DNA of 64,000 nucleotides from Candidatus Magasanikiibacteriota bacterium (GTDB lineage Bacteria; Patescibacteriota; Patescibacteriia; Magasanikbacterales; GWA2-37-8): NCBI GenBank assembly GCA_017991415.1, contig JAGOQR010000001.1, positions 405,992 to 469,991 of the forward strand, read 5' to 3'. Shown piece by piece: positions 9,084 to 17,982 of this stretch (position 1 is its first letter; each line of letters starts with the position of its first letter). The notes under the pieces were generated by a model. It saw only the letters and a program-made list of their open reading frames with translations, ran no database searches and was not told where the DNA came from. The position numbers and the translations under genes were made by a program.

Positions 9084-11339
9084 ATGAAAAATCTAGTTAT
9101 TGTCGAGTCACCCACTAAAGCTAAAACGATTTCCAAATTCTTGGGCAAGAACTTTGTAGTTAAATCATCTTTTGGTCATGTTCGTGACTTACCAAAGAGC
9201 AAACTTGGAGTTGATATCGAACATAATTTTGAGCCTCATTATATTGTAAGCCGCGATAAATCAAAGGTAGCTAAAGAACTCAAAGATGCAGCAAAAAAAT
9301 GTGACGGCATCCTGTTCGCTACCGATGAGGACCGAGAAGGAGAAGCTATCTCTTGGCATTTAGCTAATATTTTAGGAATAGACCCAGAAAATGCCAAACG
9401 AATTGTATTCCACGAAATTACCAAAACTGCGATTACCCATGCTATCGAAAATCCACGCCCACTTGATCTCAAAATGGTTGACGCGCAACAAGCGAGACGA
9501 ATCCTCGACAGATTGGTAGGCTACGAACTATCCCCTTTCTTATGGCGCAAAGTAGCCAGAGGCTTATCTGCTGGTCGCGTACAATCAGTAGCTGTACGCC
9601 TTATTGTAGAAAGAGAACGAGAAATTAAAGCTTTTAACCCCGAAGAGTACTGGAGTATAGATGGAACGTTTACCCCAAATTCAAAAGAAAATTTTAACGC
9701 CAAACTTCATGCTATCGGCGGTAAAAAAATAGATAAACTAGAAATTAAAAACAAGGAGCAGGTAGATAAAATTTTAGCCGAACTGCATAATGCTACGTAT
9801 ACCATAACAGCTGTTGAAGAGAAAAAAACAAAACGACTTCCTTCACCACCGTTTACCACCTCCACATTGCAACAGGAGGCAAATAGCCACTTAGGCTTTT
9901 CGGCCAAACAAACTATGCGGCTCGCGCAACAACTCTACGAAGGTATCGAGCTTGGTTCCGAAGGTTCGGTGGGTCTCATTACATACATGCGTACTGATGC
10001 CGTAAACCTTTCCGAAAAATTCCTCACTGAATCAAAAGAGTTAATTGGCACCCAGTATGGTAAGAAATACCAATTAGATGCGCCGCGCGCTTACCACAAT
10101 AAAAGCAAAAATGCTCAAGAAGCTCACGAGGCTATTCGCCCAACAGAAGTATCTCGTACCCCCGAATCTATCGAAGCGCATTTGGATAGACAACAATTTA
10201 GATTATACGATCTTATCTGGCGTCGAGCGGTAGCTACTCAAATGGCTCCAGCCGAACTAAATGCTACAACCATCGACATATCAAGCCACAACAAGTACCA
10301 GTTTCGAGCCAATGGCCAAACTATCATTTTTGATGGTTTCTTAAAATTGTTCCCTGAAAGAACAAAAGAAAACCTACTCCCAATAACCACCGTGGATGAA
10401 AAACTTATCTGCACCGAACTTAAACCCGAACAGCATTTTACCGAACCTCCAGCTCGATATTCGGATGCGACCTTGGTTAAAGCAATGGAAAACTATGGCA
10501 TTGGCCGACCTTCAACCTATGCACCGACTATTTCTACCATTGAGGACAGAGGCTATATAGAACGTGATGATAAAAAAAGATTTGCCCCAAAAGATATTGC
10601 CTATATTGTGAACGACCTGCTGGTCGAACATTTTCACCATGTTGTAGACTTTCAATTTACTGCAGAAATGGAAAATAGCCTCGACGAAATTGCACATGGT
10701 AAAAAAGAATGGCGCCCTGTTATTGCTGGTTTCTGGACTCCGTTCAAAGAAAACTTAGACAAAAAAGAAATAGAAATAGACAAAAAAGTTTTAACCGAAG
10801 AAAAATCTGATGAAAAGTGCGAGAAATGCGGTTCAGACATGATTATTAAGACTGGCAGATTTGGAAAATTCCTCGCCTGCACAAACTATCCAGAATGTAA
10901 GACTACCAAATCTCTTAATCCTGAGGAAGCAAAACAACAACAAGCAGTAGAGGATGCCAACGAAAAATGCGAGAAGTGCGGCGAACCAATGACCTTACGT
11001 CGCGGTCGCTTTGGACCATTCTTAGGCTGTTCTGGTTATCCAAAATGCAAAAATATAAAAAATATAGAAATAAAAATGAACATGAAATGTCCTAAGTGCG
11101 GCGAAGGAGACATTGTGCAGCGCCGTAGCAAACGAGGCAAACCATTCTACGGTTGCAACCGATATCCAGATTGTGATTTTGCCTTATGGGAAAAACCAAC
11201 AGGAGAATTCTGCCCTACCTGCAAACAACCACTTGTATTTGCACCAAAAGGCATTATTAAATGCTCAAACAAAGAATGTGATTATAAAAAAGAAAGTCAG
11301 GAATCTGTGGCAACCGAGACACCATCTGAAACAGAATAA
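9084..11339 (+). CDS. topA: DNA topoisomerase I with four C-terminal Zn-ribbon repeats
   Basis: TOPRIM N-terminus MKNLVIVESPTKAKTI, catalytic core, repeated CxxC...CxxC motifs near the C-terminus. Confidence 0.95.
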   Translation: MKNLVIVESPTKAKTISKFLGKNFVVKSSFGHVRDLPKSKLGVDIEHNFEPHYIVSRDKSKVAKELKDAAKKCDGILFATDEDREGEAISWHLANILGIDPENAKRIVFHEITKTAITHAIENPRPLDLKMVDAQQARRILDRLVGYELSPFLWRKVARGLSAGRVQSVAVRLIVEREREIKAFNPEEYWSIDGTFTPNSKENFNAKLHAIGGKKIDKLEIKNKEQVDKILAELHNATYTITAVEEKKTKRLPSPPFTTSTLQQEANSHLGFSAKQTMRLAQQLYEGIELGSEGSVGLITYMRTDAVNLSEKFLTESKELIGTQYGKKYQLDAPRAYHNKSKNAQEAHEAIRPTEVSRTPESIEAHLDRQQFRLYDLIWRRAVATQMAPAELNATTIDISSHNKYQFRANGQTIIFDGFLKLFPERTKENLLPITTVDEKLICTELKPEQHFTEPPARYSDATLVKAMENYGIGRPSTYAPTISTIEDRGYIERDDKKRFAPKDIAYIVNDLLVEHFHHVVDFQFTAEMENSLDEIAHGKKEWRPVIAGFWTPFKENLDKKEIEIDKKVLTEEKSDEKCEKCGSDMIIKTGRFGKFLACTNYPECKTTKSLNPEEAKQQQAVEDANEKCEKCGEPMTLRRGRFGPFLGCSGYPKCKNIKNIEIKMNMKCPKCGEGDIVQRRSKRGKPFYGCNRYPDCDFALWEKPTGEFCPTCKQPLVFAPKGIIKCSNKECDYKKESQESVATETPSETE

Positions 11340-11350
11340 TGTATTAAAAC

Positions 11351-11388
11351 AAAACCCCGCTTTATGAAAAGCGGGGTTTTGTTTTAAT
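11351..11388. terminator. Rho-independent terminator (aaaaccccgcttt-atgaaaa-gcggggtttt)
   Basis: 10-bp GC-containing stem flanked by A- and T-runs, immediately after the topA stop. Confidence 0.7.
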
Positions 11389-11397
11389 ACAAATTTG

Positions 11398-11469
11398 TGC
11401 CCTTGCCAGGAATTGAACCTGGATCTCCAACTTCGGAGGCTGACGTCATATCCTTTAGACTACAAGGAC
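11398..11469 (-). tRNA. tRNA-Gly (anticodon UCC)
   Basis: Acceptor GTCCTTG/CAAGGGC, anticodon stem TCAGC/GTTGG with loop CUCCGAA, T-arm CCAGG-TTCAATT-CCTGG; no encoded CCA. Confidence 0.65.
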
Positions 11470-11477
11470 AGCACTAC

Positions 11478-12485
11478 TTACCATAATCGCCGTAACCGCC
11501 TAATATAAGTATATATTATATACTTATACCTACTCACCACTATATCGAATGTTCCTGGCACCTGATACGGACTACCACCAAAGCCAAGCTTAAAGCGAGT
11601 AACCCCAGCATATTGATGTTTAAGATCATATTCATAATTACTACCCAAACCAAGGCGTGGAGCCACACCAAAAAAATCATACCACTTACTACCAAAATCA
11701 TTACCAATCTCCATACCTTCCCATTGTAATAAATACGGAGCCATTACATTTCTATATTCGTAATCTGAAGCACCATATAGATACGTAAATGTATTACCAA
11801 AACCAATAAATACTGCGCAGGCCACGGGCTTGTCATTAAGGTACGCGGTTAGCTGAACAATATCTTTTGAGGCCAGAACTTTTTCATAATGAGCCTTGTA
11901 GTGCAAACTAAACTTATCACGACTACCCGTCTTATTCATTAGATTCCAAAATACTTCTATATTTTTTTCTTGACTGATTTTTAAATTTTTCTTCTGAGCC
12001 AGATGTATATTATATCTCGTTTTTGCATGCATGCCTGCCAATAAGTCGGCAGCATTTTTGTTTAAATCAAGAAGCAGTGTAGCAGCTGGATTAATATCTA
12101 TTGTTTTTTTAATATGCAATGAATGAGGTGAGGCTGGTAAGACTTCGGGTTCTATTCTAAAAAATATACATTTTTTACCCCGCAAATACCGTATAACTGT
12201 TTCGTATATTTTTAATTTCAAATTTTTGTCTTGTTGACTACTAAGAAGCGGACCCTTTGGAGAAAAAGCATAGTGCCACCCAAAAAAAATTGGGGTATAC
12301 ACTACGTGCGCTTGGGCTACCACCTCTCCACCTTCTACAACTGCCAATCGTTCTATTTTTTTTCCTTCGGAAATCAAAATATCGCCCCAGGCCCACGACT
12401 GAACAAAATTATGTATTGAAGAATGAGCAAAAATCCACCCATCCCACTCTTCTTTATTTTGAATAATTTTTATTTCCATAGGCAT
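11478..12485 (-). CDS. FemAB-family aminoacyltransferase (peptidoglycan interpeptide-bridge formation)
   Basis: 335 aa; FemX-like pattern (SW.WG, Y..GA, LLQWE...G...DFFG); ATG verified. Confidence 0.55.
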   Translation of the reverse strand: MPMEIKIIQNKEEWDGWIFAHSSIHNFVQSWAWGDILISEGKKIERLAVVEGGEVVAQAHVVYTPIFFGWHYAFSPKGPLLSSQQDKNLKLKIYETVIRYLRGKKCIFFRIEPEVLPASPHSLHIKKTIDINPAATLLLDLNKNAADLLAGMHAKTRYNIHLAQKKNLKISQEKNIEVFWNLMNKTGSRDKFSLHYKAHYEKVLASKDIVQLTAYLNDKPVACAVFIGFGNTFTYLYGASDYEYRNVMAPYLLQWEGMEIGNDFGSKWYDFFGVAPRLGLGSNYEYDLKHQYAGVTRFKLGFGGSPYQVPGTFDIVVSRYKYIIYTYIRRLRRLW

Positions 12486-12519
12486 ATCTTACCTAAGCCC
12501 AGAGGAAAAATCAAATAAA

Positions 12520-12552
12520 AAAGACCTGAATACTAGCAGGTCTTTTTTATTT
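12520..12552. terminator. Rho-independent terminator (aaaaagacctg-aatactag-caggtctttttt)
   Basis: Inverted repeat with flanking A/T runs between convergent or adjacent genes. Confidence 0.6.
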
Positions 12553-12554
12553 GA

Positions 12555-14090
12555 TTAATCTTTTAACCACTCTTGATACGTAGGGCTATTATATAAATTT
12601 TTATATTCTTGCTGCAACTGTTTCTGCTCACCTTTAAACCAACCTTTAATATCTTCGCCTAATAAATATTGGCGCACTGTTTTTGTTTTTGAATATGGAT
12701 TTTTATCAGCAAATAATACTTCAATTTCTTGCAGACGTTTTTTTATCCCCTCAACTTGCTGTTCTTTCAAAGATGCTATACCTTCTTGAACAGTTTTGGC
12801 ACGCTTAAAATTTTCTATTACAGGACTTGTAAATCCAGGTTTCACTTTATTCGCATTTTCTTTTATATTTTTAAGAGAAGGTAATGGAAACGTGCGCTTC
12901 TGTGTTAAACGATCTACCTCCTCATTTACTCCTACTTGTTTATTAGCAAACCAGTCTACCTCCTGATCTTCCTGGTTAATCTCTGTTGCTGCTCGCGTAA
13001 GTTCGGGTGTAATGCCGGATTTTGATTTTACCAAATCGCTTGCGGCCAAATTTTTTGTAATTTGTTCTGGTGTTACAGAAATAGCTGCCACATTATTTCT
13101 TTCTACCATTAGGGTATACAATTTTTTTAATTTTTTTGCTTCGCTCCCAAAAGCAAAAAATGGAGGCCTTAGAAGTGCGACCGTATCATCTACTTTATCT
13201 TTAGTGATTTTTGGATCATACACACGATACGCTTCTACGTACGCATCCTGTGCCTGTTCCGCCAAAACTAACTCCTGTTTTTTTTCTACAGGTGTTTGAA
13301 CATTCTTAAACTCAGCTAAAAACTCCTCCTCCTCTCTTTCTTTTCTTACTCGCTCTAATTCATTTAAAATGTCGTCACTCGGCAATTTAACTGATAACCC
13401 ATCTGCATTATTAATCTCGCCAGAAACTATACCCTGATCATCATCTTTTGTGTTTATTTTTTTTGTAACATTTACTACATACTCCTCTTCTGTCGGCATG
13501 GAAACAAGAAAATCCTCTACAGTTCTTTTTCTAGAGTCTGCAACAAACATGCCAGCAAGCTGTTTTTGCAAAGAAAGATCCTTTTCTAACATTTCCTTAG
13601 TGAGTGTTGTGCCCGCCCTATTTGAATCAAAAAGTTCTGCTTCTACTGCCTCTTCGCCTCCTGCCAAATAGGTCTCAACCAAATTTTTCCACATTTTTAG
13701 TTTTGACCTTTTTCTTTCTGCAAGAATATCTTCTGTCCTATCATCAAAATTATCAAGCACTTTTTTATGCCGAGCGACAGCATCAGGTCTTTGAGTCTTT
13801 TCCCGCTCTTTTCTCAAGTGCAACAACTTGTCTGTTCTTGCATCAAAGGCATCCAGATACGCCTTATGACGAGCTCGAGCTTCTGGAGTGTTAGATTTTT
13901 GCCTTTCATTTTTTAATCTTTCTTTGGCATTAAAATCCCTTTCACCTTTTTTTCGTTCAGCCACTGACATTTTTACTATTCGACCCTTTTCTGGCTTAAC
14001 AGGCTTGTCAACCTGACTATTAAAAGCGTCGCTAAACGCGTCGCTCTCTTTAAAATCTTCTGGAATAAATTTGCCAAATCTTTCTTTCAT
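12555..14090 (-). CDS. hypothetical highly charged coiled-coil protein (511 aa)
   Basis: K/E/R-rich; internal repeated motif ARHK(A/K)(Y/V)LD(A/N)FD(A/D)RT(D/E); ATG verified. Confidence 0.55.
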   Translation of the reverse strand: MKERFGKFIPEDFKESDAFSDAFNSQVDKPVKPEKGRIVKMSVAERKKGERDFNAKERLKNERQKSNTPEARARHKAYLDAFDARTDKLLHLRKEREKTQRPDAVARHKKVLDNFDDRTEDILAERKRSKLKMWKNLVETYLAGGEEAVEAELFDSNRAGTTLTKEMLEKDLSLQKQLAGMFVADSRKRTVEDFLVSMPTEEEYVVNVTKKINTKDDDQGIVSGEINNADGLSVKLPSDDILNELERVRKEREEEEFLAEFKNVQTPVEKKQELVLAEQAQDAYVEAYRVYDPKITKDKVDDTVALLRPPFFAFGSEAKKLKKLYTLMVERNNVAAISVTPEQITKNLAASDLVKSKSGITPELTRAATEINQEDQEVDWFANKQVGVNEEVDRLTQKRTFPLPSLKNIKENANKVKPGFTSPVIENFKRAKTVQEGIASLKEQQVEGIKKRLQEIEVLFADKNPYSKTKTVRQYLLGEDIKGWFKGEQKQLQQEYKNLYNSPTYQEWLKD

Positions 14091-14140
14091 ATGTTAGATA
14101 GTGAATATACTATAATTATAACACATGTTGAACTTAAACA

Positions 14141-14172
14141 AAAAGACCTTGAAATTTTCAAGGTCTTTTTGG
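14141..14172. terminator. Rho-independent terminator (aaaaagaccttgaaa-tttcaaggtcttttt)
   Basis: Perfect palindromic hairpin with A/T runs. Confidence 0.6.
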
Positions 14173-14178
14173 TATACA

Positions 14179-14817
14179 TTATTTTGATTCTTTTTTTCTT
14201 AAACCAAGACGCTCCATTAACCTTCTAATTCCTGACTGATTTTTTTCACGCTTTTCATCCTGAGCATGCGCTTCAAGCCCTAATTTTTTTCGTGCTTTAA
14301 GCTCTGCATCTTCCCAACCCTGCTCTTCTTCTCCTATTCGTTTTCTTGCAGATAGTTCTGCTGCTTCCCATCTATCGTCATCAGCTTGTTTTCGTGCAGC
14401 CTCTTCTGCGGCTAAGGTAGTTTTTATTTTGTCTCTCAAATCAACGCCTTTGCCTTTTGGAGCAGATTGAGCCGAAATTGCTTCGGCATCAGCAATTTTC
14501 TGCTTGGCAAGCTTAATAGCCCCTTCCCATTCACGCTCTTCATCGGCATGCTGGGCATCTAAAACCTTTTTTGCTGCAATTTCCTTCGTTCTTTTAGCTA
14601 CTTCTGGAATAAACTCAACTTGTTTCAATCCGCTTGCAATTACAGCCACTTCATCCTCTAAAGAGGAGGGTTTTTCAATTCTAATCCCAGTTTTTGTACC
14701 GTCAGCAAATTCTTCAGGCTCAAGCGGCATTCTACCATCAGGACCTTTTGGCGACAATAAAGGGTTTTTTAAGGCATCCTCAATATCCTTATGTATTTGC
14801 TGCTGTCCTTCTCTCAT
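14179..14817 (-). CDS. hypothetical charged coiled-coil protein (212 aa)
   Basis: E/K/A-rich, repeated EWE/WEAAEL-type heptads; ATG verified. Confidence 0.5.
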   Translation of the reverse strand: MREGQQQIHKDIEDALKNPLLSPKGPDGRMPLEPEEFADGTKTGIRIEKPSSLEDEVAVIASGLKQVEFIPEVAKRTKEIAAKKVLDAQHADEEREWEGAIKLAKQKIADAEAISAQSAPKGKGVDLRDKIKTTLAAEEAARKQADDDRWEAAELSARKRIGEEEQGWEDAELKARKKLGLEAHAQDEKREKNQSGIRRLMERLGLRKKESK

Positions 14818-14984
14818 ATAATTTATGTTAAAAATAACAAATTACCTTAATAGTATACCATTTTTTAGCCATTTTGTCAATCTAAACACGCTTTTTTAGG
14901 CCTATTTTAGCCTATCTCTTGCAAAATTTTTGAGTTTAGTGTATCCTATGACTTATTAATCTTAAAGTTTAAATCTAAAATTAT

Positions 14985-15203
14985 ATGGGTTTACCTGGTC
15001 ATAGACGAACATCCTCACATAAACGTCGTCGCGCAGCGCATTTTGCGTTGTCAGAAACTACATTTAACGCTTGCCCAAAATGCAAAAAACCACTTCGCCC
15101 ACATCGTGCTTGCGCTTTTTGTGGCACATACAAAGGCAAAGCTGTAGTTAACGTTGATAAACGCACTTCTCGCACTACCAGAAAAACAAAAACCGCTAAG
15201 TAA
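14985..15203 (+). CDS. rpmF: 50S ribosomal protein L32
   Basis: HRRTSSHKRRRAAHFAL N-terminal signature and a CPKC...CAFCGTYKGK zinc ribbon; a basic C-terminal extension. Confidence 0.8.
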   Translation: MGLPGHRRTSSHKRRRAAHFALSETTFNACPKCKKPLRPHRACAFCGTYKGKAVVNVDKRTSRTTRKTKTAK

Positions 15204-15271
15204 TATAACGTAGCTCAATTGTTATTCTATAACATAGGATAACAGTTAAGTTTTCATTACATCTTAACTTT

Positions 15272-15718
15272 ATGTCTAATCGACACTTAGCTAGAAGCAT
15301 TGCCATGCAAGCTCTTTTTGAATGGGACTTCAAAGGGCAACCAAATGATGTATTACCAACCATAATGGAGCGAGATTTAAAAGAATTTGGCCCTGGCCTC
15401 GACGAAACAGAATTTGCTAAAGAAATTATCGAAGAAGTGCACAAAAATTTAAAAGACATTGACAAGATAATTGCCACCTACGCCCCTCAATGGCCTATTG
15501 AACAAATAACGATTATCGATCGCAACGTGTTACGTATTGGTATCTATGAATTAAAATTTAACAACCAAGTTCCTCCCAAAGTCGCTATCAACGAAGCGAT
15601 AGAACTTGCCAAAAATTTTGGCGGACCTTCTTCTGGAAGATTTGTAAATGGCGTACTTGGCGCGATATATAAAGATTTAACAGGAGGAAAAGAAGAATTG
15701 CCAGCTGCAAACCCCTAA
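15272..15718 (+). CDS. nusB: transcription antitermination factor NusB
   Basis: [15 protein letters not shown]-terminus and NusB fold length (148 aa). Confidence 0.85.
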   Translation: MSNRHLARSIAMQALFEWDFKGQPNDVLPTIMERDLKEFGPGLDETEFAKEIIEEVHKNLKDIDKIIATYAPQWPIEQITIIDRNVLRIGIYELKFNNQVPPKVAINEAIELAKNFGGPSSGRFVNGVLGAIYKDLTGGKEELPAANP

Positions 15719-15733
15719 CTACAAAAGAGTGCT

Positions 15734-16498
15734 ATGACAAAAAATAACATCCTTACTATCGAGGAAGTAAGGGACAAAGATTTTCCTGATTTACAAGAAA
15801 AATTAGGAATAAAATTTAAAAATCCTGAACTACTTGTTCAGGCTTTTGTGCATCGTTCTTATCTTAATGAACATCATGATTTTGCATTAGGCCACAATGA
15901 ACGATTGGAATTTTTAGGCGATGCAGTGCTTGAACTAATTGTAACCGAATTTCTTTTTCGAGAATATGGCAACCCAGAAGGAGAGCTTACCAACTGGCGA
16001 GCGGCTCTGGTTAATGCCAAAATACTCGCAAGTATTGCCTATGAAATAGGCATGGAAGAATATCTCTTCTTGAGCCATGGCGAAGCAAAAGATGCAGGCA
16101 CAAAAGCAAGAGACTATATTATGGCTAATGCTATCGAAGCCCTCATTGGATCTATTTATTTGGACAGAGGCTATGAAATAACCCAACAATTTATTGCTCG
16201 TTGGATCTTACCAAAACTACCATATATTTTAGAAAACGGACTTTACTTAGATGCCAAAAGCCGCTTTCAGGAGTCAGCCCAAGAAATAGAAGGAGTCACT
16301 CCTACCTACAGAGTATTGCACGAAGAAGGACCCGACCATATCAAATCATTTAAAATTGGAGTATACTTAGACAAAGAATTAATAGCTTCGGGTGAAGGCA
16401 CGAGCAAACAAGAAGCCCAAACAGAAGCTGCTGAAGCAGGATTAAAAATAAAAGGTTGGAAGGGACCAAAAATTAATATTATCAAATTACAAGGATAG
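15734..16498 (+). CDS. rnc: ribonuclease III
   Basis: RNase III signature ERLEFLGDAVLE, C-terminal dsRBD. Confidence 0.9.
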   Translation: MTKNNILTIEEVRDKDFPDLQEKLGIKFKNPELLVQAFVHRSYLNEHHDFALGHNERLEFLGDAVLELIVTEFLFREYGNPEGELTNWRAALVNAKILASIAYEIGMEEYLFLSHGEAKDAGTKARDYIMANAIEALIGSIYLDRGYEITQQFIARWILPKLPYILENGLYLDAKSRFQESAQEIEGVTPTYRVLHEEGPDHIKSFKIGVYLDKELIASGEGTSKQEAQTEAAEAGLKIKGWKGPKINIIKLQG

Positions 16499-16513
16499 CA
16501 AAAGGATAGTAAC

Positions 16514-16589
16514 GGGTCGCTAGCTCAGCTGGTAGAGCAGATCCCTCTTAAGGATAAGGTCGTGGGTTCGATCCCCACGCGACCCACCA
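16514..16589 (+). tRNA. tRNA-Lys (anticodon CUU), CCA encoded
   Basis: GGGTCGC acceptor, D-loop AGCTGGTA, anticodon loop CUCUUAA, T-arm GTGGG-TTCGATC-CCCAC, 3' ACCA. Confidence 0.85.
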
Positions 16590-16593
16590 AGTT

Positions 16594-16665
16594 GCTCCTA
16601 TAGTTCAACGGATAGAATATCAGGCTTCGAACCTGAAGATAGGGGTTCGATTCCCTTTGGGAGCA
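16594..16665 (+). tRNA. tRNA-Arg (anticodon UCG)
   Basis: Acceptor GCTCCTA/TGGGAGC, anticodon stem TCAGG/CCTGA with loop CUUCGAA, T-loop TTCGATT. Confidence 0.75.
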
Positions 16666-16680
16666 CAAATTACACGTATA

Positions 16681-16707
16681 AAAAACACTCTAATCAGAGT
16701 GTTTTTT
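16681..16707 (+). terminator. Rho-independent terminator after the rnc-tRNA cluster (aacactct-aatc-agagtgttttttt)
   Basis: 8-bp stem followed by a T7 run. Confidence 0.7.
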
Positions 16708-16759
16708 TATCCAAAATCTAACAACCAAGTTATCCACCAATAACAACATAAAAAAACCA

Positions 16760-16788
16760 TTGACGCTACCCAAAAACAGGAATATAAT
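16760..16788 (+). promoter_or_regulatory. consensus sigma70 promoter TTGACG-17nt-TATAAT
   Basis: -35 at 16760..16765, 17-nt spacer, -10 at 16783..16788; an ATG lies 9 nt downstream (leaderless configuration). Confidence 0.55.
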
Positions 16789-16796
16789 TTTCCTTG

Positions 16797-16955
16797 ATGA
16801 GTGGAAAAACTGCTGACCACACCCACCACCGCAACGTCGTCAACACGATTTTCAGCCACAAAGTGCGCCGCACTGTTTTCTGCGGCATACTCCTCGCGAT
16901 CCCCGTCGTAGCCGTTGCCCAGAAGGTCATCTCTGCAATCAAGGAGTGCTTCTAG
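16797..16955 (+). CDS. candidate leaderless small membrane peptide (52 aa) in the GC-rich island
   Basis: ATG at 16797 directly after the -10; peptide MSGKTADHTHHRNVVNTIFSHKVRRTVFCGILLAIPVVAVAQKVISAIKECF with a C-terminal TM helix; GC ~58% against ~38% background. An antisense 92-aa ORF (16707..16985) competes. Confidence 0.25.
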   Translation: MSGKTADHTHHRNVVNTIFSHKVRRTVFCGILLAIPVVAVAQKVISAIKECF

Positions 16956-17191
16956 CGTAGCCCAAGGACACGACCCGTCGTCCATCAGCTCAAGCCAACA
17001 CTCTCACGTCCATCGCGGACAACCTGCTCAACACGCTGCTCGACGTGTCGCACAGGCGCTCTTCTACCCCATCACTTCGAGCCCCTAACAAAGATACCCC
17101 GAGAGAATCGAGGTATTTTTGTTTTATTCTTTATATCTGGCACATAGGCATCATCTTGACTTTTTAGCTCGCGTCCAGTAAACTGCTGTCT

Positions 17192-17377
17192 ATGCGAAAA
17201 AAAGCCATCGTCCTTTCACTACTTATCGTAGCGGCGCTTGCCGCCTACGACAGACTCCGCTTCGGGAGTTTCCGACCCGAAGTGCACGAGGTCACGACAC
17301 CTCAAGAGTCCCTGCCCCGCATCTGGAGCAGCTTCATCTCGGTCATGCCCAGCGGCGCGACCATGAGCCAGCGCTAG
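17192..17377 (+). CDS. candidate small membrane peptide (61 aa), Hok/type-I-toxin-like topology
   Basis: Upstream TTGACT-17-TAAACT, then 7 nt to the ATG. Peptide MRKKAIVLSLLIVAALAAYDRL... (N-terminal TM, charged tail). GC-rich segment. Confidence 0.25.
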   Translation: MRKKAIVLSLLIVAALAAYDRLRFGSFRPEVHEVTTPQESLPRIWSSFISVMPSGATMSQR

Positions 17378-17846
17378 AGCGAGCAAACTTGTGCTGCTCG
17401 ACACAAAAAAAACGACCAACCCTCGAGCAAAAATAAAAACTCCCGACTCCTCGGAAGTTTTTATTTTTTACTTGGATACTTATAAATTTTAATTACCTTT
17501 ATTCATCTAGCACTTTCTCTCTTTACTCTATCAATAGAGTAACTTAGAAAAATTATAAAATCTCGGCATCTGTATACTACAGCTGAGCCTGAACACAAGT
17601 TCAAAATTAAAATTTAAACAGATCAATACTTTTTGTATTTATTTATTTTTTTAAAAAAACTATCACCTGTGCATAACTTTCACTTTTACTATTCACAATT
17701 TAAAAAAAACATTCTATAATAAACATGTCGAGAAAAATTTTTACAGCAATGCTTGTCTTGTAAAAATTACTTCAATAAATTTTTTCTTTCCTCGCGAGTA
17801 GAAAAAATTTATTTCTAACTTTAAAAAATGAGAGGAGGTGCACAAT

Positions 17847-17918
17847 ATGGCAGCCAAAAAGAAAGCTAAAAAAGCTAAGAAAGTAGCTAAAAAGAAAACT
17901 ACCAAGAAACGCAGATAG
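17847..17918 (+). CDS. 23-aa lysine-rich small protein MAAKKKAKKAKKVAKKKTTKKRR
   Basis: Strong SD GAGAGGAGGTG 8 nt upstream of the ATG, in-frame TAG, followed 10 nt later by a terminator hairpin; below the 60-aa cutoff of the ORF track. Confidence 0.45.
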   Translation: MAAKKKAKKAKKVAKKKTTKKRR

Positions 17919-17928
17919 TCTTTAAAAA

Positions 17929-17956
17929 ATCTCTCCGCAAGGAGAGATTTTTGTTT
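17929..17956. terminator. bidirectional rho-independent terminator (atctctcc-gcaa-ggagagat + T-run)
   Basis: 8-bp stem with GCAA loop; serves the K-rich sORF (+) and the convergent PHP nuclease gene (-). Confidence 0.65.
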
Positions 17957-17982
17957 GCTCTAATTAAAATTAAAACGGTATT

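Noticed and set aside
16707-16985. 92-aa minus-strand ORF in the GC-rich island
   Set aside because: Competes with the promoter-associated plus-strand sORF and the tail of its reading frame runs into AT-rich DNA. Kept only as an alternative inside the island finding, since strand assignment cannot be settled from sequence alone
17847-17918. Idea that the Lys-rich sORF is a transcription-attenuation leader peptide
   Set aside because: No co-directional downstream biosynthetic gene; the next gene is convergent, so a stand-alone small protein is more likely
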